Positions 48,367-58,773 of a stretch of DNA of 64,000 nt are shown one piece after another. The stretch is from an uncultured delta proteobacterium (GTDB lineage: Bacteria; Desulfobacterota; Desulfomonilia; UBA1062): positions 544,001 to 608,000 of the forward strand of contig CAWAUM010000005.1 in assembly GCA_963785235.1 (NCBI GenBank). The letters are read 5' to 3'. Under the pieces are notes generated by a model. The model made no database searches and was not told the DNA's origin. It saw only the letters and a program-made list of their open reading frames with translations. Position numbers and translations under genes: made by a program. Positions within the stretch are counted from its first letter, which is position 1. The number at the start of each line of letters is the position of its first letter.

Positions 48367-49166
48367 TATTCGTCCTCCTTACCGGTCTTTTTTACCTTGG
48401 GGATCCATTTCCGGTAATCGAACCCGCGTATAATCCGAGCTGTCGAGTACATCTTACGTGCGCTATCCAGGACCTTATCCATATTGATCAGGTGATAGTC
48501 CACATTAACATCCACGTAGGGGTTCTTAGCTTTGGCTGCCACCGGTATGCCAACGACCATGCCAGAATTGGGGCAGTAGCCCAATTTCTGACCAGCGATC
48601 CCAATGCTGGCAAAGGGCCTTGCATCAACCATCAAGGTGTTTGCCGTCCACAGTGCACTGCCCACTGCATAACCCATGTCATCGACACGAGCCGAACAGA
48701 GCGGCCCATTGATCATGCGGGGCGAAGAACGGTCCGTAATATCAACCAGACCATACCTTTGTTTCTTCTTGTCATAGAAATACCCACAGTCCAGTGTCCC
48801 GCCGCATAAGCCGCAACCTGCATCCAATGGGGTTTCATGACACCGGGTGTTACCGATGAGAATGATCACGTCTGAGTCCCTAACCATTACCGCCTCATAA
48901 AGGAAGGGCTCCTCCCAGTTTTTATTGGTGTGGGCGATCTCTTCCACCTTGCGTGCCAGTGCCTCCAGTTCAGCCTGTCCGTAAATCAGGTGGGTTTCGA
49001 TCTGGGGCACACCACCGGCAAAAGGAGCAGTCATGGCGGAATTGATCATCAACCGGGCGGCTTCAAGCACGCCTTTTTTTCTACGAATGTCCTGGGGCGA
49101 CCAGAACGGCCAGTCGCTGATGAATTCTTCTCCCTCAAAATTGAGGTCTTCAACATATTTTTTCAT
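48366..49166 (-). CDS. DUF2148-type Fe-S protein, paralog
   Basis: TAPFAGG, CGLCG...C, GPLC, DMGYAVGSA, VDAR, GIPV....KNPY. Confidence 0.75.
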   Translation of the reverse strand: MKKYVEDLNFEGEEFISDWPFWSPQDIRRKKGVLEAARLMINSAMTAPFAGGVPQIETHLIYGQAELEALARKVEEIAHTNKNWEEPFLYEAVMVRDSDVIILIGNTRCHETPLDAGCGLCGGTLDCGYFYDKKKQRYGLVDITDRSSPRMINGPLCSARVDDMGYAVGSALWTANTLMVDARPFASIGIAGQKLGYCPNSGMVVGIPVAAKAKNPYVDVNVDYHLINMDKVLDSARKMYSTARIIRGFDYRKWIPKVKKTGKEDE

Positions 49167-49295
49167 CCCAATTCCCCTTTCACTAAGCTGCCTCTTTTCA
49201 GTTTGAAAACATCGGCAGCAATGTCTCTATTTGCAGAAGCCCCCCTTGTATAGGCGACTCTGCTCATAGTATCCTTATGGGTCTGCCCTGGAGAT

Positions 49296-49688
49296 TCACA
49301 TGGGCAGCTTGTATTTTTTAGCAATATCAGGATATTTCTTAAAGACAGGGCTAAGGAAGGGAAGGATCTTCAGTACCTTGGGAATCGGGCCTTTGGATTT
49401 GATTTTCTTCGTAGCAAGGGCAACAGGGAGGCTGATCTGCTTAAGCCAATACTTATGGGCAGTATCTCCGGAAAGCTCCATGGAGATAATGCCGGCCTTG
49501 TCTGCATCTTTTCCGGTTATAACACCGTCGGGACCGACCCAAATAAACCCTTCTGGCTCTTTCATGATGAACTTGATCGTTACTTCGTACTCCTTCAGTT
49601 TAGAGGCTAGCTCTGTTTCCTTGAGGGCATACTGAAAAACCTCCCCTAGGGCTTGGTACATTTCATCTGCATTCTTGAAAACCGACAT
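49296..49688 (-). CDS. SCP2 sterol/lipid-binding domain protein
   Basis: DTAHKYW....LPVALATKKIKSKGPI; AGGAGG RBS. Confidence 0.75.
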   Translation of the reverse strand: MSVFKNADEMYQALGEVFQYALKETELASKLKEYEVTIKFIMKEPEGFIWVGPDGVITGKDADKAGIISMELSGDTAHKYWLKQISLPVALATKKIKSKGPIPKVLKILPFLSPVFKKYPDIAKKYKLPM

Positions 49689-49794
49689 GACATCCTCCTT
49701 TTTTGTAGTGGATTGTTATTTTAACGGAAACTTTGACATCCGCTTGAACCCCCACGTCATTTTTTTGCAAAGCAAATCTATCAAGTCAGCATAT

Positions 49795-49863
49795 CATCTT
49801 GTTGGAGGACATCTTGTTGGAGGACATCTTGTTGGGTTACATCTTGTTGTAGAACATCTTGTT
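49795..49863. repeat. Five tandem 15-bp units with invariant CATCTTGTT
   Basis: Units start at 49795, 49810, 49825, 49840, 49855. Confidence 0.95.
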
Positions 49864-49886
49864 ATATTATATATTTCGTTTTATAA

Positions 49887-49902
49887 AGCAATGAGTGTGC
49901 CA
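49887..49902 (-). promoter_or_regulatory. sigma54 promoter of the SCP2-DUF2148-ACAD operon
   Basis: Minus strand TGGCACACTCATTGCT matches TGGCAC-N5-TTGC exactly. Confidence 0.85.
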
Positions 49903-50157
49903 GATTTACAAGGATATTATTTAGTTAATGATTTCAAAGTTATGAAAATAAAAGCGATCATTGTATACTCGTGCCGGTCACTTGAGATGCACATGATATT
50001 TGCAGGACTGCAAATGAAACAGGAAGAAAATCGACAAAGAAACGCAATATCAGTCTATTGGATAATTCGCATCAGTGCGAATCATTGGCACGGATGCAAA
50101 ACCATCATGTGAGAAGCTTGCTTTTCTTCTATAAAGAGTGGATAGATCGAGGCCGGA

Positions 50158-50466
50158 GACCTCAACGAATTCCTCATCAAGAACCCTACCGCCACATTCT
50201 TCGTAAGGGTTGAGGGAACATCCATGATCGATGCTGGGATTCACCCTGGAGATATACTGATCGTGGATAAATCTCTTGATCCGTTACCCAACAATATTGT
50301 GATTGCCGTGATTGGTGGAGAATTCTTGGTGAAGCGGCTGATTACTGAATGTGGCGTGAAGTACCTAGTGCCGGATAATCCTGCATTTGAGAGGATTGAG
50401 TTGCGGGAAGGTGATCAGGTCTAAGTTTGGGGTGTGGTTGTGTGGGTGGTGCATAAGTTGAGATAG
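50158..50466 (+). pseudogene. umuD: UmuD/LexA S24 peptidase remnant
   Basis: DLNEFLIKNPTATFFVRVEGTSMIDAGI...VKRL...PDNP; N-terminus missing; TAA at 50422 followed in frame by VWGVV. Confidence 0.85.
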
Positions 50467-50505
50467 GATAGGGTTCTTGTTGTAAGAGAATGGCTTAAAT
50501 ACAAT

Positions 50506-50550
50506 TGCTCCTGGCAAGGATCGAACTTGCGACACCAGGATTAGGAATCT
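50506..50550 (-). other. 3' half of tRNA-Arg(CCT), att-site-like remnant
   Basis: Minus strand GATTCCTAATCC anticodon arm, GCAAG-TTCGATC-CTTGC T arm, acceptor 3' strand; no D arm. Confidence 0.65.
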
Positions 50551-50670
50551 TCTCGATGTTTCTAGTAAGTCAGATTATTTAATAAGGAATGGGGGCTATG
50601 TGGGGGCAGTTTCGATAACCTCATCTTATTGGTAATAATAGAATCATCATAGAATGGCTTAATTACTTGA

Positions 50671-50742
50671 AGCCAGCGCGGGGGGTCGAACCCCGGACCT
50701 GCTGATTACGAATCAGCTGCTCTACCACTGAGCTACGCTGGC
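50671..50742 (-). tRNA. tRNA-Thr(CGT)
   Basis: GCCAGCGTAGCTCAGTGGTAGAGCAGCTGATTCGTAATCAGCAGGTCCGGGGTTCGACCCCCCGCGCTGGCT cloverleaf; CCA not encoded. Confidence 0.97.
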
Positions 50743-50840
50743 ACAGGTGATGTTTTTTGCATACACATTGGGGAGTTGTCAATGATTTAGGAGCTGTCGG
50801 CTGTCAATTGTCGACAAAGAAACTGATAGCTGAAATCTCT

Positions 50841-51576
<736 letters not shown>

Positions 51577-51587
<11 letters not shown>

Positions 51588-52389
51588 TGATCTTTTCCTC
51601 CATGATGCTGATGAGCTTCGAGAAGAACAGGGTGATCATGAGGTATACAAGCGCCACCATGGTATAGGTCTCAAAATAGGCAAAACTCTGGGCCGCATAC
51701 TCACGGCCCCTGCGCAGCAGGTCGGCTACGGCCAGGATGGACACGAGCGAGGAGTCTTTCAGCAGGGCTACGAATTCGTTGCCTACAGGAGGCAAGATGG
51801 TCTTGACCGCCTGCGGCAGGATGACATGGTACATGGACTGCGCAGGTGTCATACCCAGAGAGCGCGCTGCCTCGGTCTGCCCCTTGGGGATGGACTGGAT
51901 GCCTGCCCGGAAGATCTCGCCCATGTAAGCCCCGTAACAGATGGACATGGCCAGCACGGCACTCGGCAAAGGCGGCATCTGGATGATGCGGCCCAACGCA
52001 AAGTAGATATAAAAAAGCTGTACCAGCAGCGGGATGCCCCTGATCACCTCAACATACAGCGAAGCGATGCCGTTGATTATCGGGTTTTTGGAGATCCTGC
52101 CGAGTCCGGTGAACAAACCGATCACGAGCGCAAGGAGTATGGACATCACTGTCACCTCGAAGGTGATCAGGATACCGTCCGGCACGAACTGGATGATCTC
52201 GAGGTATGCCCCCCTTTTTACGAAAACAAGGAAGGCAATGATAGCAATGGAACCGAAGAAGGCAACCCGCCACGCGGTGAAGAGGCCGACATCCTCTTTT
52301 GAGGGGATGGCGGCCCCGTCTCCAACGTCTATTAATACCTTCTTGGGTACTTCTATCTTTTTCTTCTTTTTGAAGCCTATCTCAGCCAC
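51577..52389 (-). CDS. Amino acid ABC transporter permease
   Basis: [27 protein letters not shown]. Confidence 0.95.
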
Positions 52390-53141
52390 TTCTTTTCAAT
52401 CTCTTTGTCTAAGCCTTTTTTCTGTACTGCCTTGATGCCTTTGTTGAGAAGGTCGAGCAACTGCTTGTCGCCCTTTTTAACAACGATCCCGTACTGTTCC
52501 TTGGTGAAAGGCTCGCCAACGATCATGAACTTGGCCTTGTACTCTGCCCTCTGCAATGCATAGTCAGCTGCAACAGGCGTGTCGCACACTACGCCTTCGA
52601 TCCTGCCCGCAGCCATATCTTCAAAGGCCAGGCCGATCTCGTCATAGCTCTTGAGCTCAACGGCTTTGTCTTTCTGCACTTCCATGGCTCCGGTGGTGCC
52701 TATCTGTGCCCCTATCTTTTTGCCTTTCAGGTCAGCGACCTTCTTAACGCCCTTTGTGGTCTTGGGGACTACAAGCACCTGACCTGCATTGATGTAAGGC
52801 AAAGAAAAGTCGTACTTCTTCTTGCGCTCATCCGTAATGGTGACCGAGGAGATGATGGCGTTATACTTGCCAAGTTCAAGTCCGCCAAATATGCCGTCCC
52901 AGGCGGTATTCTTGAACTCCACCTTGAATCCTGCCTCTTTGGCTACGGCATTCATGAAGTCTATGTCAAACCCGACGATATTTTTATTCGCATCGAGTAT
53001 CTCCATAGGAGGCCAGGTGGCATCTGTTGCCACAACAATAGTTTTCACCGGGGCCGCTGACCAGAGAACAGATGGTGCAACTGCCACAACTAACAACCCG
53101 AGAACAAAACACACTGCGACGGTAAGACTGAGGCGCCTCAT
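52377..53141 (-). CDS. Basic amino acid ABC transporter substrate-binding protein
   Basis: Signal peptide, DATWPPME, GFDID, TITDERKK, QIGTTG. Confidence 0.95.
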   Translation of the reverse strand: MRRLSLTVAVCFVLGLLVVAVAPSVLWSAAPVKTIVVATDATWPPMEILDANKNIVGFDIDFMNAVAKEAGFKVEFKNTAWDGIFGGLELGKYNAIISSVTITDERKKKYDFSLPYINAGQVLVVPKTTKGVKKVADLKGKKIGAQIGTTGAMEVQKDKAVELKSYDEIGLAFEDMAAGRIEGVVCDTPVAADYALQRAEYKAKFMIVGEPFTKEQYGIVVKKGDKQLLDLLNKGIKAVQKKGLDKEIEKKWLR

Positions 53142-53344
53142 AGTTTTTCCCCCTCACATAATTTTTGGTTCGCTTGCAGTAGCTAGAAAATTACTATTCT
53201 TAGTGAGTACCATAAAATAAAGATAACGTCCATAGCCTTACAAAAGACTTTCCATGCATTTGACTTGACATCTTAACTCTGAGGTCATATTCTTCCAGCA
53301 TTAAATGTATTTATGTATCCCTTTCAAGGAGTTAGTTGGGAAAC

Positions 53345-54019
53345 ATGGCAAAAACATCAGATAAAAGAAGAGAAGCGACAAAGGAAAAGATCATTGAGGC
53401 TGCCTGTGAGCTTTTCAGCAAATACGGATATCATAACACCCAGGTCATGGACATCGTCAAGGCTGTGGGCATGTCTGCCGGCACCTTTTATAACCACTTC
53501 AAAGACAAGCGTGATCTATTCGAGCATATCACCATAGAAAGCCTGGAGACCTTGCGTGTTACGGTCAAGAACCTCCGTGACCCCGTAGACATCTGGAACC
53601 CCGAGGCAAGGGCCATTATCCTCCAAGCGACATTCAACGCTGTTTTTGACTATGTTGACAGCAATCCCCAGCAGATACTCATGCTCCTGCGCGTCAGCTT
53701 CGGCGTGGATGAGGAGCTGGACAGCAGTGTATGGGATTACTTCCGGGGCTTTGCCCAGGACGCAGGTGAAGATATCCAGCGCTGGAGTGATGAGGGGGTC
53801 ATCGAGGGAATAGACCCCATGCTCTTCGGAACTGCTGCCAGTGGTATGACCCTTCAATTGGTCCATGCGTATCTTGTTGAGAAGAGGCTCACGCGCGAGC
53901 AGATCATTCCAAACCTTATCAAGATGATCCTGGCCATGTTTGAGGCTTATCTGACCGAAGATGGAAGGAAGGCCCTGGAAATCACACGGCAGCAGAACGC
54001 CAATGCCTCTTTAGCTTAA
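53345..54019 (+). CDS. TetR/AcrR family regulator
   Basis: IIEAACELFSKYGYHNT..DIVKAVGMSAGTFYNHFKDK. Confidence 0.95.
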   Translation: MAKTSDKRREATKEKIIEAACELFSKYGYHNTQVMDIVKAVGMSAGTFYNHFKDKRDLFEHITIESLETLRVTVKNLRDPVDIWNPEARAIILQATFNAVFDYVDSNPQQILMLLRVSFGVDEELDSSVWDYFRGFAQDAGEDIQRWSDEGVIEGIDPMLFGTAASGMTLQLVHAYLVEKRLTREQIIPNLIKMILAMFEAYLTEDGRKALEITRQQNANASLA

Positions 54020-54104
54020 GTGTAATCTTATTGAAATTTCTATTTTGAATAGATCCAACACCTGGAAACACAATCTTCGTAAAATAATTTATTTTTTACT
54101 TCCC

Positions 54105-54150
54105 TTGACAAACGAGTAATGATAATTACTATTCAGGATAGTGAATCTTC
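54105..54150 (+). promoter_or_regulatory. sigma70-type promoter overlapped by a palindrome (candidate TetR operator)
   Basis: TTGACA at 54105; AGTAAT-GATA-ATTACT at 54115-54130. Confidence 0.5.
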
Positions 54151-54346
54151 ATTACCGGTGGTCACCTTTTCCAACTTCTCCACCGAGTAAAAGGTAAGTC
54201 ACTGTTTATTTGATTGATCTTAAAGAGGCACCTGGTTGCCTCAGGGAGGGTTTTGTGCGGGGACATAGCCGTTCTGCCATTTTTTTCCGTGAGCAAACCA
54301 CCCAAGCAAATACTACCTTATCGCAGCATCACTACGTGGAGGAACT

Positions 54347-55588
54347 ATGAGCAGGAGTGTGGATGACCTTTTTGTGTATCCGGGGCAGGCAATTGATGAA
54401 GAAAGCGCCAGCGTAATCCGCCTTGTCAGGCAGTGGGCTGACAAAGAGATCATCTCCAAGCGGATGGAATACCGGGAGAACTACGACAAGCTCTTCGAAG
54501 AAAAAAGAAAGAAGCTTAACCTTGACATTGGCCTCCAGAAACTTGTTATACCTGCGGATCTCGGTGGTTTTGGGTGGAACAGCCTTTCCAATGTACCGGG
54601 GATGCTCTCCATCCTTACCGAGATCGGCAGGGCCGATGCTGCACTCGGTGTGCTCTCTGCAGCAACATACACTGCACTTGCCATGATCGGCATGGAACAC
54701 CGCCCTAACAAGAAGCTTGCCTCTGCAATTGCCCTTACTTATTCCGGCAGTACTATCAGAACCCCCTGCCCTATTCTTCCCGGGCCCGGTATTGCAGGTA
54801 CCACGCATCCATTATTCAAAGGCAGGGCAATCCTTGCCGAGGCAAAGGAAGCAAAGGATGGATATATCATCAGTGGCACCAGCCTCAGGCCTCTGTTTGC
54901 CGGCGCCATGGCCGATCTCTACTGTGTCGTGTGTGACGGAAAAAAGGGCAAGCCCTGCATCGCCTTTGTCCCGGCGGATGCACCAGGGGTAACACGGAAC
55001 TCACCGCTTCTGACAACCGGTCTGAATGCCTGCATAAACACAGATGTTACCTTCCATGAAGTTAAAGTCCCCAGGGATAACGTCATGGAAGAAGACGGCC
55101 TTGTAGAGGAGTTCTATATCTGGCTCAACCTGTTCCTGGGCGGTGTAAGCGTTGGTGCTGCTCTTAACTTCTTCGAGCTGATCTGTGACTGGGGAGATAC
55201 ACGGGTAATCAAGGGCGGCACCTCCCTGAAGGAAAATCCCCTGTGCGCATCAGTACTGGCAGATGTTGCTGAGGAGATTGCAGTGGCTAAGCTGCTGCTC
55301 TTCGACCTTGCGCGGATCATTTCCAGGCCGGAAGATATGTCAGCCGGCAGCATAACAAGGACCTTCACCTTTGCCGAGATGATTGGAAGCCGGGCTCAAC
55401 AGGGCATTCTTCGTGCCATGAACCGCGGCCTGGAGCTCATGGGTTCGGCCGGCTACTCCAAGGAGTGGCACGTGGAAAAACACTGGAGGGACGTGAAGAC
55501 CATACAGTCCGTACTCTGCGGCGTCGGAGCCGAGGCCCCGGTGAAGATGGACACTGCCCGATTCTTTTACAACTGCTCTGAGATCTAG
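54347..55588 (+). CDS. Divergent acyl-CoA dehydrogenase-family protein
   Basis: EIGRADA, LMGSAGYSKEWHVEKHWRDVK; lacks TEP..GSD. Confidence 0.85.
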   Translation: MSRSVDDLFVYPGQAIDEESASVIRLVRQWADKEIISKRMEYRENYDKLFEEKRKKLNLDIGLQKLVIPADLGGFGWNSLSNVPGMLSILTEIGRADAALGVLSAATYTALAMIGMEHRPNKKLASAIALTYSGSTIRTPCPILPGPGIAGTTHPLFKGRAILAEAKEAKDGYIISGTSLRPLFAGAMADLYCVVCDGKKGKPCIAFVPADAPGVTRNSPLLTTGLNACINTDVTFHEVKVPRDNVMEEDGLVEEFYIWLNLFLGGVSVGAALNFFELICDWGDTRVIKGGTSLKENPLCASVLADVAEEIAVAKLLLFDLARIISRPEDMSAGSITRTFTFAEMIGSRAQQGILRAMNRGLELMGSAGYSKEWHVEKHWRDVKTIQSVLCGVGAEAPVKMDTARFFYNCSEI

Positions 55589-55598
55589 GGAGGAAATC

Positions 55599-56875
55599 AT
55601 GAACCATTTTGATGAATTTTCACGCCCCGAGGAATACATATCCCCCTTTGACAAGCACTTCAGACGGGTCATCAGAAAAACCCTCGATGAATGCGTCATG
55701 CCCCATCGCCGCAAGTTCGACGAGGACTGGAAAGACCACCACCTCATCGAACCGGCATTTGATAAGTTGATGGGCGAGATCGGCCTGCAGAAGGGCCTCT
55801 TTCCCCTGGAATACGGCGGGTGGGGATTGGCCAAGTCCGATTATATCTTCAGGTTTGGATATCATGGCCTGCGAAGAACTGGGCAGGGCCGATACCGGCA
55901 TGGCAGTAGCCCTTGGGGTAACCTTCTGGCCGCTGCTCGTCATCATCGGTTGAACCCTATGTGAACGAGCGTCTCCTTGCCGAATTCGCGCCCATGTTCT
56001 GCAACACCAGAAAGGCGGTCTTTGCAGCCAATGCCATGACAGAACCCCAGGGCGGGGCTGATATTGAAAACCTTGGCCTGCTGGGGGGCAGGACCATCCG
56101 CACCACGGCCCGGCTTGAAGGTGATGAGTGGGTGATCAACGGCCACAAGCTCTGGCCCACCAACTCGGGCGGAGTGTCCAAGCTCTTCGGCGTTCCATGT
56201 ACAACCAAGCTTGGCTCCAGCGACCCTAAGGATTTTGCCTTTATCTTTGTGCCTGCCGACCTGCCGGGTGTTACCCAGGGCGGGCCCTATGAAAAGGCGG
56301 GCATGGCTGCGGACAAGAACGGCGACATCTGGTTCGAGGATGTACGGGTCCCCAGCTGGTACCGAGCCCACGGACCGGGAAAGGATGCCGAGGCCTTCTA
56401 CCAGCTCATTTCCTTCGGACAGGTCATGAGCATGGCCTTCCTCACCGGCGCCATGCTGAACCTGTATGAGCGGCTCTATGAATTTGTGTCCACGCGCACC
56501 TACAATAACCGTCCGCTCAAGGAAAACGACGCCATCGCCGCCATTATCGGCCGCATTGCAGGCGATATCGATATCTGCAGGATCCTGGGATATGAGGCGG
56601 CCATGATCGGAGACCGCAGGAACAAGCCATATGGCAGACCCCTTGTCTCGGAAGACCTGGTGGGAAGAATCCGTAACATGAAAGACTTCGTGTCCGACCG
56701 TGCAGTGGATTGCTTCGGCAAGGCCATGGATGTGCTGGGCCTTTATGGGGCTGACCGCGATTGGGACATTGAAAAGCACTGGCGGGATATCAAGATTATA
56801 CAACTATGGATGGGCGGCAAGCAGCTCTGCCAGATGGAGTCTGCCCGTTATTTCTTCAACTGCAAAACGTTGTAA
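55599..56875 (+). pseudogene. Acyl-CoA dehydrogenase with two apparent frameshifts (~55850, ~55948), possibly sequencing errors
   Basis: FPLEYGG; middle frame CEELGRADTGMAVALG; then MTEPQGGAD, INGHKLW, IEKHWRD. Confidence 0.8.
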
Positions 56876-56885
56876 GGGAGCGGTC

Positions 56886-57317
56886 ATGGAAGAAAGATCG
56901 AACATGGGTTATATCGAAACCAGGAGCCGTATCTTAGATGAGCTGCTTGAAAAGACGGCCTTCAAGGATAGCCTGCGCCTCTTTCTGAAAAACATCGACC
57001 CGAACAGCTGCGTTGAACTCGTACGCACATTGCTTGGCAAGGATATCGAGGTCCCACTGGCCTTGACAGGGGCCCTGCCTGTTATTGCAAACTGCTTCAT
57101 CAGGGCAGGTCATGAGCTCATCGTCCAGGTCCGGGATAAATTCTCGCCTGAGCTGCTTGCCAGCTTAGTAGAATCACTCCTGGACGAGATCGACAAGGAT
57201 ACACTGGCACAGCTGATCGCAGAAAGCAGGGCACTGGGCAATGATCTGGCCCCGGTCTTCCTTGCAGCATGGAAGGTGGTCGAACACAAGACAGCCCAGT
57301 CCCGGGAGGACGTATAA
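56886..57317 (+). CDS. Hypothetical all-helical protein
   Basis: GGGAG RBS; resembles next ORF (FKD.LR..L...DP....VRTL.G.D.E). Confidence 0.75.
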   Translation: MEERSNMGYIETRSRILDELLEKTAFKDSLRLFLKNIDPNSCVELVRTLLGKDIEVPLALTGALPVIANCFIRAGHELIVQVRDKFSPELLASLVESLLDEIDKDTLAQLIAESRALGNDLAPVFLAAWKVVEHKTAQSREDV

Positions 57318-57967
57318 TGCAGAGCGAACCTTTTATCCAGCACAACTCCGGCATCATAAAAGCCCTCATGCGTTCACCACTGTTCAAGGACATCCTCAGG
57401 ACAAACCTGAACGAGATGGACCCGAAATCAGGCGGCTCTGCAATCAGGACTCTCATGGGCGAAGACCCGGAGGTATTCTTCGGCCTCGTCAGCTCGCTGC
57501 CGACGTTTATAAACAACCTCATGAAGGCCTCTACCGAACTCGCCATCCAGCTTAAAGACAAGTATCCACCCGAGATGCTCAAATCATTCCTCATGAGCCT
57601 GGCCGAGGATATCGACAAGGATGCAGCCAGACAATGCGGCAAGGCATGGACGGAGCTTCTCTCTTCCCTGTGGGGTGCATCACCTGAGATCAGGCAGGCT
57701 GCAACAGGTTTCATCCTCTCTTCGGGCCCCAAGATAAAGGCAGGGGCCATCAACGGCCTTGCACGGTTCGTCAACACAGTAACCCGTAGCAATCCGCAGA
57801 CCTTCAGCACCTTCATCGCTTCAGTGCTCAGGAACATCGATGGCCCGGAGGTCAGCAAGGCAACCCTTACCCTGACCGGGGCATTCCTTGACCAGAAGTG
57901 GCATCTCGCCTCGTGGGTATGGCAGCTCGTAAAAGGCAGGGTTCGCAAAAGATTGAACAAGCTGTAG
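57317..57967 (+). CDS. Hypothetical all-helical protein, paralog of 56886-57317
   Basis: TAATG coupling, GGAGG RBS; FKDILRTNL..MDP....IRTLMGEDPEV. Confidence 0.75.
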   Translation: MQSEPFIQHNSGIIKALMRSPLFKDILRTNLNEMDPKSGGSAIRTLMGEDPEVFFGLVSSLPTFINNLMKASTELAIQLKDKYPPEMLKSFLMSLAEDIDKDAARQCGKAWTELLSSLWGASPEIRQAATGFILSSGPKIKAGAINGLARFVNTVTRSNPQTFSTFIASVLRNIDGPEVSKATLTLTGAFLDQKWHLASWVWQLVKGRVRKRLNKL

Positions 57968-58052
57968 GAGTGGCTTTAGCCGCGATGGAGAAAATCACAG
58001 AGACGGCTTAAAGCTGCCGCCTTTACCGATCGCGCCTGAAGGCGCTCCTACA
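57963..58052. repeat. Inverted pair of GTAG-type REP elements
   Basis: TGTAGGAGTGGCTTTAGCCGCGAT ... ATCGCGCCTGAAGGCGCTCCTACA. Confidence 0.7.
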
Positions 58053-58095
58053 CAATAAAGAGTGATCGGCGCAGCAAAAAGTGATCGGCGAGGAA

Positions 58096-58770
58096 ATGAA
58101 AAAGATGGCTAGTCTTATAGAGAAAAAACGACAGTACACACGGGACATGATCATCGAGGCGGCTGAGGAGCTTTTCAGCCAGCACGGATACCACAACACC
58201 CAGATCATGGACATCGTCAAGTCCGTGGGCATGTCGGCCGGAACATTCTATAATTACTTCAAGGATAAGCGAGACCTGTTCGAGCAGATCACCAGCCATA
58301 ACCTGGAGGAACTCCGCTTCCGCATCAAAAAACTCAGGGAGCCGGTAAACATCTGGGACCATGGTGACAGGGTGGACAAGCTCAACCAGAGCTATGGCGC
58401 TTACTTCGACTACATAACCACACACCGCCAGCAGTTTCTCATGGTGCTCCGCGGCAGCTTCGGTGTGGACGAAGAAATGGACAACACCATCTGGAAACAT
58501 TACAGCGACATCGCCTTGGACCTTGCCGAAGACATTCAGAACTGGCTGGATATGGGCGTCATAGAAGGCGTCGATCCGGTTACCATGGCCTATGCCGTGG
58601 TGGGCATGACCATGCATCTCGGCCATAGCTTCCTCATGGAGGAAAAATTCACCCGTGAAAAGGCGATTGCTACCCTGACCACCATGAGCCATCTCATGTT
58701 CGAAACCCATATGACCCAGGCAGGAAGAAAGGCCCTTGAAGATCTGCAGAAAAACAAAACGGAGGTTTAA
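58096..58770 (+). CDS. TetR/AcrR family regulator, paralog of 53345-54019
   Basis: GYHNTQIMDIVKSVGMSAGTFYNYFKDKRDLFE. Confidence 0.95.
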   Translation: MKKMASLIEKKRQYTRDMIIEAAEELFSQHGYHNTQIMDIVKSVGMSAGTFYNYFKDKRDLFEQITSHNLEELRFRIKKLREPVNIWDHGDRVDKLNQSYGAYFDYITTHRQQFLMVLRGSFGVDEEMDNTIWKHYSDIALDLAEDIQNWLDMGVIEGVDPVTMAYAVVGMTMHLGHSFLMEEKFTREKAIATLTTMSHLMFETHMTQAGRKALEDLQKNKTEV

Positions 58771-58773
58771 GGG

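Noticed and set aside
49795-49863. CRISPR array, or the GHLV-repeat ORF 49675-50112
   Set aside because: 15-bp period with no unique spacers and no cas genes; the ORF is antisense to a promoter/leader
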